DNA of 64,000 bases from an uncultured Chloroflexia bacterium. Its GTDB lineage: Bacteria > Chloroflexota > Limnocylindria > Limnocylindrales > CSP1-4. The notes below the pieces were generated by a model. It worked only from the letters and a program-made list of their open reading frames with translations, did not search any database and was not told the DNA's origin. Both the position numbers and the translations under genes were made by a program. Shown piece by piece: positions 16,461 through 26,045 of this stretch. The stretch covers positions 76,707-140,706 of the forward strand of contig OY969885.1 of NCBI GenBank assembly GCA_963704325.1, written 5' to 3'. How positions within the stretch are numbered: the first letter of the stretch is position 1; each line of letters opens with the position of its first letter.

Positions 16461-17995
16461 TCGCTGCCCTCGGCCCGCGCTGAGGCCACCACCGCCGTCT
16501 TTGCCGAGCGACGGGCGGGTGTGGCAGCGGCCGCCATGGGCGGCGCTGCGGCCTTGGCCGCCGGCGCAGGCTTCTTGCTCGGCTTGGCCGCCGGCGCAGG
16601 CTTCTTGCTCGGCTTGGCAGCCGCTTCTGGCTTCGCTGGCGTCTTAGATGGCTTGGCAACTGGCTTCGCTGCAGCCTTGGCCGACGCCGGCTGAGCGTCC
16701 TTCGCGGGCGCGGCCCTGGTGGCCGCCTTCTTCGCTGCGGGTTTGGCCTTGGCGGCCGGGGCAGCGCCATCGGCAGCCGCGGCATCGTCGGCGGCGGCCT
16801 TCTTGACGGCCGGCTTCTTTGCGGCTGGCTTCTTGGCGGGCGCCTTCTTGGCCGGCGGTGTGGCGGCGTCCGATGCTTCGACCGCGACCGGTGGCTCCGG
16901 GACTGCCTCGAGCACCGGCTCGGCGGCGTCGGCGGGCGGCTCGTCAGCAGCAGCCGGGCGTGGCTGCGCCTGGTCGGAACGGATGTCGATGCGCCAGCCG
17001 GTCAGCTTTGCCGCCAGGCGCGCGTTCTGGCCCTCGCGGCCGATGGCCAGCGACAGCATCCGCTCTGGCACCGTCACGCTGGCGATCCGGTTCTCCTCAT
17101 CGATCGTGACGCTCACGACCGTGGCCGGGCTGAGCGCATTGGCCACAAAGCCGGCCGGGTCCTCGTTCCACGGTATGACGTCGATCTTCTCGCCGCCCAG
17201 CTCGGCCACGACGGCCTGGACGCGGCCGCCGCGCTGGCCGACCGTGGCGCCGACCGGGTCAAGCCCTTCCTGGCGGCTGGAGACCGCAACCTTGGAGCGT
17301 GACCCCGCCTCACGGGCGATGGCCTTGATCTCCACCGTGCCGGCATGGATCTCGGGCACTTCCAACTCGAACATGCGGCGCAGGAAGTTCTTGTGCGTTC
17401 GGCTGACGTAGATCAGCGGACCCTTCGTGGTGCGCCTCACTTCCAGCACGTAGGCCTTGACGTGCTGCCCGATGCGGTAGTGCTCCGTCGCGCTCTGGTC
17501 CGTGGTGGGCAGGATCGCCTCCGCGCGGCCCACATCCAGGATCACGCCGCGCGGCTCGACGCGCGAGACCGTGCCGGTGATGATCTCCGACTCGCGCTGG
17601 GCGTACTGGCCGAAGACCTGCTCGCGCTCTACCTCGCGCAGTCGCTGCCGGACTAGCTGAGTGGCCAGCTGGGCGTGGATCCGGCCGAAGCTGTTGGCAT
17701 CCAGCTCCCCGATCCGGACCAAATCGCCGACCTTGGCGTTCGAGTCGTGCTTCTCCGCGTCTGCGACGGTGAACTCGGTCTGCTCGTCCTCGATCTCGTC
17801 GACGACGTGCATGGCCCGGTAGGCGTTGAACTTGCCGCTCTCCGGGTCCACGTCAACGAAGACGTTCTCATTGCCCGGAGTGGCCCGCCGGTAAGCGGAC
17901 TGGATGGCGTCGGCCAGGGTGGCGACGAGCTGTTCGCGCGGGATGTTCTTCTCAGCGTTGAGCTGCAGGAGCGCGCCGATAAAGTCGCGATTCAC
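16457..17995 (-). CDS. nusA: Transcription termination/antitermination factor NusA with an Ala/Lys/Pro-rich C-terminal tail
   Basis: N-terminal, S1 and two KH regions are recognisable (for example [20 protein letters not shown] and [21 protein letters not shown]). GTG 17995 is preceded by AAGGAGGG with a 6-nt spacer. The last ~173 aa are low complexity. Confidence 0.93.
   Translation of the reverse strand: MNRDFIGALLQLNAEKNIPREQLVATLADAIQSAYRRATPGNENVFVDVDPESGKFNAYRAMHVVDEIEDEQTEFTVADAEKHDSNAKVGDLVRIGELDANSFGRIHAQLATQLVRQRLREVEREQVFGQYAQRESEIITGTVSRVEPRGVILDVGRAEAILPTTDQSATEHYRIGQHVKAYVLEVRRTTKGPLIYVSRTHKNFLRRMFELEVPEIHAGTVEIKAIAREAGSRSKVAVSSRQEGLDPVGATVGQRGGRVQAVVAELGGEKIDVIPWNEDPAGFVANALSPATVVSVTIDEENRIASVTVPERMLSLAIGREGQNARLAAKLTGWRIDIRSDQAQPRPAAADEPPADAAEPVLEAVPEPPVAVEASDAATPPAKKAPAKKPAAKKPAVKKAAADDAAAADGAAPAAKAKPAAKKAATRAAPAKDAQPASAKAAAKPVAKPSKTPAKPEAAAKPSKKPAPAAKPSKKPAPAAKAAAPPMAAAATPARRSAKTAVVASARAEGSE
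16554..16613. repeat. Perfect 30-nt tandem duplication inside the nusA tail
   Basis: ttggccgccggcgcaggcttcttgctcggc occurs twice back to back and encodes [10 protein letters not shown] x2. A diverged third copy follows. Confidence 0.9.
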
Positions 17996-18050
17996 GCTGC
18001 GCCCTCCTTTCGCTGAGCCGTTATTCCCCCGTTTGCGCGGGCTCCTCCGC

Positions 18051-18078
18051 ATAAATAAACGTGGGGGTCACCCACGTT
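18051..18078 (-). terminator. Terminator-like hairpin plus U-tract in the nusA 5' leader (candidate attenuator)
   Basis: The minus strand reads AACGUGGG-UGACC-CCCACGUU followed by UAUUUAU. This is an 8-bp stem and a conspicuous AT run in a high-GC genome, about 55 nt upstream of the nusA GTG. Confidence 0.45.
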
Positions 18079-18104
18079 CTGAGGCGGCCGAATAACCGGC
18101 CCGA

Positions 18105-18134
18105 AGTATACAACGCGCCTCGACTCCATCTCAA
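18105..18134 (-). promoter_or_regulatory. Sigma-70/SigA-like promoter candidate for nusA
   Basis: The minus strand reads TTGAGA, an 18-nt spacer, then TATACT. The predicted TSS is ~100 nt upstream of the nusA start, with the leader hairpin between them. Confidence 0.4.
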
Positions 18135-18461
18135 ACTGGACACGATGGCGGCTCTTCACAGCCAAATGGTCGCCCTTGACCCGCCCGCCGCCCAGTGTTG
18201 CCATTGAGCAGCCTCCTGATGCTCGGAGAAGGAGTGCACAGCCGCGACCCGGCCGATAGCTACGGCTGGGTCGCATCTAGTTCGCAACGCTCGCGGAATG
18301 GACTTCCTGTTTCGCGGAGTCAAGGATGGCCGACACGCCAACGAACTCCGAGCCGCTGGCGGGATTTGATCGACTACCGGAACCGAGCACCGTGCAGTCC
18401 GCCGCGCGAGCATGGCGGACGACAGTCGTGGTTGCGCTCGCTCTTCACGAGGTGATCGTAA

Positions 18462-19751
18462 ATGTCGACCAGGCTCGGGGCTCGACGACGTATCGGCCTA
18501 TTCGGTCTTCTTCTTACCCTGACCGCCACGTTCGTGGCGCCAGTGGCCGCTGCCAATCTGCGCGGCCAGTTCCTGGGCGAGGCGTGGGGCAATCGCGCCA
18601 ACGCCCAGGCCGGAGATGTGGCGGTCCGCCTTGGACGCGCCGCCTACCAGCCGTGCCCATGCAACGGAACCAACGGCAACATCCGCTCGAACAGCGTGCA
18701 CGAGGTAGACGCCGGAGACGTGTACAGCGCCGCGGAGCTGCGCTCGACGGCCATGGCCAAGAAGCAGAGCGGGATGCGCGCCCACGCGCAGACAACGTCG
18801 CGCGTGATCAACGTCAGTGCGCTGGACGGCTACATCACGGCCGACGCGATCTCTGCCATTGCCACAGTTGACGCGACCCAGACGGCGATCAACGTGACGT
18901 CGGCGGGCTCCTCCGTCACCAACCTGCGCATCGGGGGCGCGTCCGTGACCGTTGCGCCGGGGCAGCGCATCAACCTGCCCGGCATCGGCTACGTCGTCTT
19001 CTTTGATGTCCAACGGACTGGCGATGGCCAGGCGCGGCGCACAATCCAGGTGGAGATGATGCGCATCGTCATCACCCGCAACAACTCGCTCGACCTGCCC
19101 GTCGGCGCGGTGATCACCGTGGCCCATGCACGGGTCGGCTTCTCCCGGCAGGAGACCGGATCCATCGTCGGCGCGGCCGCCTGGGGCAGCGAGGCGACAT
19201 CGAGGTCGCTCTCCGTGGTCAACGAGTTCGGCCGCAGCGCGCCGGCCTACCTCGGTTGTTTCAACCAGGGAACCTCGAGTGGCTCAAATCGGGTCGAGTC
19301 GGTGACTCATCCCGACCTCTTCCACGCTGCGACCATCGTCAGTCGCGTGTACGGAAAGGTCAGCTCGACTTCCGCGCACGCCGACGCGAACTCACGTCTC
19401 CAATCCGTCAACCTGCTCGACGGCGTGCTGACGGCAGACCTCATTCGCGGTGTCGCATCGGCAACAGCTGATGGATCGGGCGGCCGGACCTCCTTCGAGG
19501 GCTCGCAGTTTGTGAACCTGCGCGTGCTCGGACTATCGATCGGTGACAACGTCCCGCCCAACACCCAGATCGGCATCCCCGGCATCGGGACGCTGACACT
19601 GTTCGCAACCGAGGCGCACAGCGATGGTGACGACGCCAACGCAGGTGTGTACATGGTCATCCTGACCGTGGACCTGCAGAACACCCTCGGCCTGCCGGTG
19701 GGCACCGAGATCAAGCTCGCCCGGGCGCGGGCAGACGCGTCGCGCCCCTAG
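18462..19751 (+). CDS. Secreted protein with an internal tandem duplication (unknown function)
   Basis: Signal peptide RRRIGLFGLLLTLTATFVAPVAAANL, with GAGGTGA 6 nt upstream of the ATG. Two ~190-aa repeats share L(L)DG.(I/L)TAD.I....... then NLR(I/V).G, P(G)IG and L.LPVG(A/T).I..A.A. Confidence 0.7.
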   Translation: MSTRLGARRRIGLFGLLLTLTATFVAPVAAANLRGQFLGEAWGNRANAQAGDVAVRLGRAAYQPCPCNGTNGNIRSNSVHEVDAGDVYSAAELRSTAMAKKQSGMRAHAQTTSRVINVSALDGYITADAISAIATVDATQTAINVTSAGSSVTNLRIGGASVTVAPGQRINLPGIGYVVFFDVQRTGDGQARRTIQVEMMRIVITRNNSLDLPVGAVITVAHARVGFSRQETGSIVGAAAWGSEATSRSLSVVNEFGRSAPAYLGCFNQGTSSGSNRVESVTHPDLFHAATIVSRVYGKVSSTSAHADANSRLQSVNLLDGVLTADLIRGVASATADGSGGRTSFEGSQFVNLRVLGLSIGDNVPPNTQIGIPGIGTLTLFATEAHSDGDDANAGVYMVILTVDLQNTLGLPVGTEIKLARARADASRP

Positions 19752-19767
19752 CGCGGCCTAGCGCGGC

Positions 19768-21240
19768 CTAGTAGGCGCGGGCGAAGAGAACCCTTCTCTC
19801 GGACGGCCGGCCGTCAACCAGGCATTTGCCGGGTTCGTCGGGCGAATCAAACGGGATGACCCGGATGGTGGCACCGGTGTCGGCGTTGACCTGCTTCTCG
19901 CAGGCTCCATCGCCACACCAGTGCGCCATCAGGAACCCGCCCTCCTTGTCCAGGATTGCCTTGAACTCGTCGTAGCCATCGGCGAAGTGCGTGTTCTGGG
20001 CCCGGAAGTCGAGCGCGCGCTGCAGGAGACCCTGCTGGTAGTCGGCCAGCCGGCCGGGCAGCTCGGCTGCCAACGCGTCGAGGCCCACGGTCTGCTTCTC
20101 GCGATCAACGCGGCGAACCAGCACGCCCTGCCCGGCTGCCACGTCGCGCGGCCCGATCTCGAGCCGGAATGGCACGCCACGCAGCTCCCAGTGGTTGAAC
20201 TTGAAGCCCGGCGACTCTTCGCGCCAGTCTGTCTTCCAGCGCAGCGGGCCCGACTTGGTCTGCACGTCGGCCAGGCTGCGCTCGACCGATTCGACGGCCT
20301 CAGCCACCACGCGCCGGTCCTCTTCCGTGCGAAAGATGGGCACGATCACCAGCTGCGTCGGCGCCACGTTGGGCGGCAGCACGAGGCCGGAGTCGTCGCC
20401 GTGGGCCATGATCGTGGCGCCCACCATGCGCGTCGAGAAGCCCCATGACGTGCCGTACGGGGCCTTGCGCTGGTTGTCGCGATCAAGGAACTCGATCCCG
20501 GCCGACTTCGCGAAGTTCGTGCCGAGCATGTGGCTCGTCCCCGCCTGGAGTGCCTTGGTGTCGCGCATCATGGCCTCGATGGCGTGGCTGTACACGGCCC
20601 CCGGGAAGGTCTCGTTGCGCGTCTTCAGGCCACGGATGACGGGAATGGCCAGCCAATCCTCAGATGTTGCGCGGTAGGCCTCGAGGCCCGTGGCGACCTC
20701 ATCGGCCGCCTCCTGCTCGGTGGCGTGGAAGGTGTGCGCCTCCTGCCACAGGAACTCGGCCGTGCGCAGGAAGAGACGCGTGCGCAGCTCCCAGCGGACC
20801 ACGTTGTTCCAGAGGTTGAGCAACAGGGGAAGGTCGCGGTACGACTGGATCCAGTCCTTGACCACCTCGGCGATGAGCGCCTCGCTGGTCGGCCGGATGG
20901 CCAGCCACTCGTTGAGCTCCTCGCCACCTGCATGGGTGACCCACGCCACCTGCGGGTTGAAGCCCTCGACGTGCTCGGCCTCCTTCTCGAGCAGGCTGCG
21001 GGGCACGAAGAGCGGAAAGTAGACGTTGCTGTGGCCGGTGCGCTTGATGTGCCGGTCCAGCTCGTCGCGCATCGATTCCCAGATCGCGAAGCCGTACGGC
21101 CGGATGACCATGCACCCGCGAACGGGCGAGTAGCTGGCCATCTCAGTCTTGAGGACCACGTCGTTGTACCAGCCCGGGAAATCCTCGGACTGGGACGTGA
21201 TCGATGTGACGAAACGGTTCTTATCGGCGGACACGGACAC
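19768..21240 (-). CDS. proS: Prolyl-tRNA synthetase, archaeal/eukaryotic-like type
   Basis: FPGWYNDVVLKTEMASYSPVRGCMVIRPYGFAIWE, class II motifs, no INS editing insertion, and a C-terminal domain ending in ...FARAY. Confidence 0.92.
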   Translation of the reverse strand: MSVSADKNRFVTSITSQSEDFPGWYNDVVLKTEMASYSPVRGCMVIRPYGFAIWESMRDELDRHIKRTGHSNVYFPLFVPRSLLEKEAEHVEGFNPQVAWVTHAGGEELNEWLAIRPTSEALIAEVVKDWIQSYRDLPLLLNLWNNVVRWELRTRLFLRTAEFLWQEAHTFHATEQEAADEVATGLEAYRATSEDWLAIPVIRGLKTRNETFPGAVYSHAIEAMMRDTKALQAGTSHMLGTNFAKSAGIEFLDRDNQRKAPYGTSWGFSTRMVGATIMAHGDDSGLVLPPNVAPTQLVIVPIFRTEEDRRVVAEAVESVERSLADVQTKSGPLRWKTDWREESPGFKFNHWELRGVPFRLEIGPRDVAAGQGVLVRRVDREKQTVGLDALAAELPGRLADYQQGLLQRALDFRAQNTHFADGYDEFKAILDKEGGFLMAHWCGDGACEKQVNADTGATIRVIPFDSPDEPGKCLVDGRPSERRVLFARAY

Positions 21241-21529
21241 TCCGACGCGAAAGGGCGGTGACGGGTGGGTAATCCTAGCGCAGCGTCATGGCGCGCCGCC
21301 GCCGGCCCGCCTCTGCTGGTCTCAGCCCTGTGAGTGTTGCGATCGCCCGTTCTACGGCTGTCCACACTCCGCGCCATGCCGGATGCCGCAAGATCAAGCG
21401 TGGGAGCCGGCCTCGCGGTTGCCCCTCCGCCGCGCGGAGCGGTCGGAAATCAAGGTTCATCGTCCGTTCCAACACTCCTGGTGTTGCAGGCGCTGAGAAC
21501 GTGGCGCGGCTCAGATCCCGTGGCCCGCG

Positions 21530-22831
21530 CTAGCTCCGCCCGCCGTACTTCTGCGTCACGTACTCGTCCAGGATGCCGATGAACTCCTTCACCAGTCCCT
21601 CGCCGCGCAACGTCGTGCGCAGTGCGCCATCCACGAACACGGGCGCGACCGGCTCCTCGAACGTGCCCGGCAGCGAGATGCCGATATCGGCATGCTTCGA
21701 CTCGCCCGGACCGTTGACGACGCAGCCCATGACCGCGACGCGCATCTCTTCAACGCCCGGGTACGACTCGGCCCAGGCCGGCATCTGCTCGCGCAGGTAG
21801 CCCTGGATCTGCTCGGCCATCTCCTGGAAGAACGTGGACGTGGTCCGGCCACAACCTGGGCATGCTGAGACCTGCGGCGTGAACGAGCGCAGCCCGAGCG
21901 ACTGCAGGATCTGCTGGGCGACGAGCACCTCCTCCGTCCGGTCGCCACCGGGCGCCGGCGTGAGCGAGACGCGGATGGTGTCGCCGATGCCCTCCTCGAG
22001 CAGAATCGAGACGCCGGCCGTCGAGGCGACGATGCCCTTCATGGCCATGCCCGCCTCCGTCAGGCCGAGGTGCAGCGGGTAGTCGCAGCGGGCGGCGAGT
22101 GAGCGGTAGACGTCGACCAGGTCGCGCACCTGCGAGACCTTGGCGCTGATGATGATCCGGTCGTGACCCAGGCCAACTTCCTCGGCCAGCTCGGCCGAGC
22201 GCAGAGCGGATTGGATCATCGCCTCGATCATCACGTCGCGCGAGTCGGCCGGCACGGGCAGCGCGGCATTGGCGTCCATCAGCGTCGTCAGCAGCGCCTG
22301 GTCGAGCGAGCCCCAGTTGACGCCGATGCGCACCGGCTTGTCGTTCTCCAGCGCGACGCGCACGATCGTGGTGAAGTTCTCGTCGTGGCGCTTGGTGCCC
22401 ACGTTGCCCGGGTTGATGCGGTACTTGGCCAGCGCCGCGGACATGAGCGGGTACTCGACCAGCAGCTGGTGGCCGTTGTAGTGGAAGTCGCCGATCAACG
22501 GGACGCCCACGCCCAGGTCGTCCAGCTTGCGCCTGATCTCCGGCACGGCCTGCGCCGCGGCGTCGTTGTTGACCGTGATGCGCACCAGCTCCGAGCCGGC
22601 GTGGGCCAATGCGGCCACCTGCAGCGCGGTGCCATCCGCGTCGGCCGTGTCCGTGTTGGTCATCGATTGGACGACGACGGGTTGGCGCGAGCCGACGCTG
22701 ACTCCGCCGATGTCGACCGTCGGGGTTTGGCGCCGCCCGGGCAGATGCGCGTCGCCCTCCACGCGCCCAACTTCCTGGCGACGCTCCTGGATCTCCGGCT
22801 GCTGGAGAGCCCCGTCCGTGGTGCGCGTCAC
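21530..22831 (-). CDS. ispG: 4-hydroxy-3-methylbut-2-en-1-yl diphosphate synthase
   Basis: [13 protein letters not shown]...RITVNN...CPGCGRT...GCVVNGPGE. The N-terminal extension makes the start uncertain. Confidence 0.92.
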   Translation of the reverse strand: MTRTTDGALQQPEIQERRQEVGRVEGDAHLPGRRQTPTVDIGGVSVGSRQPVVVQSMTNTDTADADGTALQVAALAHAGSELVRITVNNDAAAQAVPEIRRKLDDLGVGVPLIGDFHYNGHQLLVEYPLMSAALAKYRINPGNVGTKRHDENFTTIVRVALENDKPVRIGVNWGSLDQALLTTLMDANAALPVPADSRDVMIEAMIQSALRSAELAEEVGLGHDRIIISAKVSQVRDLVDVYRSLAARCDYPLHLGLTEAGMAMKGIVASTAGVSILLEEGIGDTIRVSLTPAPGGDRTEEVLVAQQILQSLGLRSFTPQVSACPGCGRTTSTFFQEMAEQIQGYLREQMPAWAESYPGVEEMRVAVMGCVVNGPGESKHADIGISLPGTFEEPVAPVFVDGALRTTLRGEGLVKEFIGILDEYVTQKYGGRS

Positions 22832-22835
22832 GCGC

Positions 22836-23975
22836 TCAGCCCAGGCGCTGAATGTCGAAGTAGGTGATCCAGACCAGCAGAAGCATGAGCAGGATGAAGC
22901 CGGCCAGGTAGGCGAGTCGTTCGGCGGCGGCGCTGATGCGACCGCCGGTCAGCGCCTGGATGAGTGAGACGGCGACCCGTCCGCCATCGAGCGGCGGGAA
23001 GGGCAGCGCATTGACCACGGCCAGGTTGGCCGACAGAAGGCCAATGAACCAGAGCATGAACACGGGCGGTAGCTCGGCTCGGACCTGGCCGATGGCGTCA
23101 ACGATGCCGACCGGGCCTGAGACCTGGGGGTTGGTGATGTTGGCGATCAGGTCGCCCAGCCCGCGCAGGATGATCGTTGCCGCATCGAGCGTGCGCCTGA
23201 ACCCGGTCGTGGCCGCGTCGACCGGTCCGCGCTGGATCTCGTCTGTGGGCAGTGACACGAAGCGGACGCCGAGCGCACCCTGCTCGGCGGCCAGGTCGGC
23301 CGGTCGGAGCGTGGCGACGACGTCTTCCTGGGTGCCGTCCGAGTGACGGACGGTGATCGTCACGGCCTGGCCGGCGCGCTCGCGCAGGTAGCCACTGTGC
23401 GGGATGCCCACCCCTGCGGCGCTGTAGTCGAAGATCGGGAAGCGGTTGCCGTCGAGGGCGACGATCGTGTCGCCCGATTCGTCGTAGATCGCGTTGCCGT
23501 CGGCGTCCGTGCCGGTCTGTACTCCGCCGACCAGGCCGGCGGCTTCCGCCGGCGAGCCGGGTTGGACGAAGCCAATGCGCGCGTTCGCGACAGGGTCGGC
23601 AAACCAGGCGATGCCGGTGAAGATGACGAAGGCAAGCAGGATGTTCATCGTCACGCCGGCAAGCAGGATGGCCAGCCGCGTGGGGAGGCGCTGCTTGACG
23701 AACGAGTTCGGGTCGTCCGACTCGCCCTCCTCCCCTTCGAGCTTGACGAAGCCGCCGATGGGCAGCCAATTAAGCGTGTAGAGCGTGCCCTTCCTGTCGC
23801 GGCCCAGCTCCTTCGCGCGGGGCGGGAAGCCAATGCCGAACTCGTGCACGGTCACCCCCGCGCGACGAGCGACGATGAAGTGGCCCCACTCGTGGATGAC
23901 GACGAGGACGACCAGGATTACCAGCAGCAGGATCACGTTGATCAGCCCGTTGCCGAGCCCAATGAAATCGAACAT
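22836..23975 (-). CDS. rseP: RIP metalloprotease RseP (M50 site-2 protease)
   Basis: [14 protein letters not shown] (HExxH), a PDZ-like middle region and multiple TM segments. Confidence 0.9.
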   Translation of the reverse strand: MFDFIGLGNGLINVILLLVILVVLVVIHEWGHFIVARRAGVTVHEFGIGFPPRAKELGRDRKGTLYTLNWLPIGGFVKLEGEEGESDDPNSFVKQRLPTRLAILLAGVTMNILLAFVIFTGIAWFADPVANARIGFVQPGSPAEAAGLVGGVQTGTDADGNAIYDESGDTIVALDGNRFPIFDYSAAGVGIPHSGYLRERAGQAVTITVRHSDGTQEDVVATLRPADLAAEQGALGVRFVSLPTDEIQRGPVDAATTGFRRTLDAATIILRGLGDLIANITNPQVSGPVGIVDAIGQVRAELPPVFMLWFIGLLSANLAVVNALPFPPLDGGRVAVSLIQALTGGRISAAAERLAYLAGFILLMLLLVWITYFDIQRLG

Positions 23976-25168
23976 CAGTGCCTAGACGCTCCGGCGGGCA
24001 CTGCGGTTGCCGCCCAGGCGCGGACTTCGGCGTCGAGGGCGATCAGCTCGTCCAGGTCCGGCGCCGGACCTGAGCCGAAGCGCGCGACCGCGTCGGCGCA
24101 CACGTCGGCGATCTGGCCGAAGCCCAGCGTACCGGCCAGGAAGCGCTCCACGGCGACATCATCGGCGGCGATCAGGGTGGCGCTGGCGCGCGGTCCCTGG
24201 CGGCCTGCGGCGCGCCCCAGGCTCAGCGCCGGGAAGCGATCGTTGTCGACTGCTTCGAAGGTCAGCGCGCCCATGTCGAGCGGGTTGAGCGTGGCCGCGG
24301 GCGAGGCGAGACGGGTCGGATAGGTGAGCGCGTACTGGATCGGGATGCGCATGTCGGGAAGTCCAAGCTGAGCCTTGAGGGAGCCGTCGGTGAACTCGAC
24401 GAACGAGTGAACGATGCTCTGGGGATGAATGACGACATCGACCTGTTCGTCCTCGACATCGTACAGCCAGAGTGCCTCGATCACCTCCAGGGCCTTGTTC
24501 ATCAGCGTCGCCGAATCGACGGTGATCTTGGCGCCCATGCGCCACGTGGGATGGGCCAGCGCCAACTCGGGCGTGACCAGCGCCAGGCGCTCGGCATTCC
24601 AGCCACGGAACGGGCCGCCTGAACCGGTCAGGATCAGGCGCTGGACATCCTGGCGCCGCTCACCGGCCAGGCACTGCCAGATGGCCGAGTGCTCCGAATC
24701 GATCGGGCGCAGATAGTGGAGGGCCATCGTGTCGCCGCCGGACTCCTGGGCGAGGCGCCGAGCGAGCGGCATGACCAGGTGGCCACCGGCGACGAGCGTC
24801 TCCTTGTTCGCAGTGGCAACCACCTTGCCCTGCTCGAGGGCGGCCAGCACGGGCTTGAGGCTGACGACCCCGGTCGTGCCGACGAGCACCAGGTCCACTT
24901 CGTCGCTGGCCGCGATCTCCTCGAGCGCGTCGGCTCCATCCACCACGCGCGCGGTGCCGGGCTGAAGCGCGGCCGCCACTCCCCTATCAGACAGGGCTAC
25001 CAGCCGCGGCCGGTGCTCAGCGACCTGCTCGTTGAGCGTCGTTACGTCGTGGCCGGTTGCTAGGGCCACGATCTCGAACCGGTCGGGGTGAGCGACCAGC
25101 ACGTCGAGTGACTGGCGACCGATGGACCCGGTGCTGCCCAGCACGGCCACTCGCGTGCGCTGGGTCAT
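23975..25168 (-). CDS. dxr: 1-deoxy-D-xylulose 5-phosphate reductoisomerase
   Basis: MTQRTRVAVLGSTGSIGRQSLDV. ATG 25168 overlaps the cdsA stop as ATGA. The upstream part of the 533-aa ORF is off-frame cdsA. Confidence 0.93.
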   Translation of the reverse strand: MTQRTRVAVLGSTGSIGRQSLDVLVAHPDRFEIVALATGHDVTTLNEQVAEHRPRLVALSDRGVAAALQPGTARVVDGADALEEIAASDEVDLVLVGTTGVVSLKPVLAALEQGKVVATANKETLVAGGHLVMPLARRLAQESGGDTMALHYLRPIDSEHSAIWQCLAGERRQDVQRLILTGSGGPFRGWNAERLALVTPELALAHPTWRMGAKITVDSATLMNKALEVIEALWLYDVEDEQVDVVIHPQSIVHSFVEFTDGSLKAQLGLPDMRIPIQYALTYPTRLASPAATLNPLDMGALTFEAVDNDRFPALSLGRAAGRQGPRASATLIAADDVAVERFLAGTLGFGQIADVCADAVARFGSGPAPDLDELIALDAEVRAWAATAVPAGASRH

Positions 25169-26034
25169 ATCAGACCGCTGGCGTGGAGCAGTCCGATGAT
25201 CACGATCGACGAGTACATCGCCGGTGCGGCGAAGAGGAACGAATCCACCCGATCCAGGATGCCGCCGTGGCCCGGTATGAGCGTGCCTGAGTCCTTCGCG
25301 CCGGCGGCGCGCTTGAGCATCGATTCGGTCAGGTCGCCAGCCTGAGCGCTGATCGTGAGCAGCAGTCCCAACAGGATCCCGCCGACGATGCTCAGGCCGA
25401 TGCCGATGAACAGGAACATGCATACCAGTACGCCGGCGATCGTCCCCCCGATCACTCCGCTCCACGTCTTGTTGGGCGAGATGTGGTTCATGAACCTGCC
25501 CTGGCCGTGGAGCTTGCCCGCCGCGTAAGCCGCCGTATCGAGCGCCCATACGGTGGCGACCAGGACGATCAGCCACATCCGCCCGGAATCGATCTGGATG
25601 CCCCAGATGGACGTGTCGAGACGCGCGGCGGCAACGCCCACGAACGCGGCGGCAAACCCGAGCAGTGCCGGGTAGAGCGCAGCGACCACGGTCCCAGTCC
25701 AGGTCAGGAAGCCCTGGCGCGGATCAGGGGACCTGAGCGCCACCAGCGCGGCGAGCATGACCAGGATGGCCACGGCCGGCGCCAGGACCGCCCAACCGAG
25801 CTGCATTCCGCCAGGACCCACGGCCCAGGCGAGGCCGATCACCGCCAGCGGCGCCCAGATGACGGGCAGGACCGTGGACGTCGGCAATCCGGCGGCCTGC
25901 ATCAGGCGCGTCGTCTCGTAAGCGGCCAGCGCAGCCAGCACGGCCAGGCCGAAGGTCAGCCACGGCGCGCCGAGGAAGAAGAGGATGACGACGACCGGCA
26001 CGAGCACGGCCGCGCCAATCAGGCGCTGGGTCAT
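25165..26034 (-). CDS. cdsA: Phosphatidate cytidylyltransferase
   Basis: Polytopic membrane protein with the C-terminal signature SMLKRAAGAKDSGTLIPGHGGILDRVDS. The start was set to ATG 26034, after the uppS stop. Confidence 0.9.
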   Translation of the reverse strand: MTQRLIGAAVLVPVVVILFFLGAPWLTFGLAVLAALAAYETTRLMQAAGLPTSTVLPVIWAPLAVIGLAWAVGPGGMQLGWAVLAPAVAILVMLAALVALRSPDPRQGFLTWTGTVVAALYPALLGFAAAFVGVAAARLDTSIWGIQIDSGRMWLIVLVATVWALDTAAYAAGKLHGQGRFMNHISPNKTWSGVIGGTIAGVLVCMFLFIGIGLSIVGGILLGLLLTISAQAGDLTESMLKRAAGAKDSGTLIPGHGGILDRVDSFLFAAPAMYSSIVIIGLLHASGLI

Positions 26035-26045
26035 CTCGGGCCTGG

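Noticed and set aside
19741-19780. A GCGCGGCCTA tandem repeat (two perfect copies plus one near copy) between the secreted-protein gene and proS.
   Set aside because: It is only about 30 nt, with no stable hairpin or U-tract. It is probably a local slippage product that places stops in phase. It is mentioned only in the convergent-junction finding.
21241-21529. A T-box riboswitch upstream of proS.
   Set aside because: No T-box consensus (GGGTGGTACCGCG-like), AG bulge or specifier-loop arrangement was found on the minus strand. The only GGGTGGG-like string is on the wrong strand.
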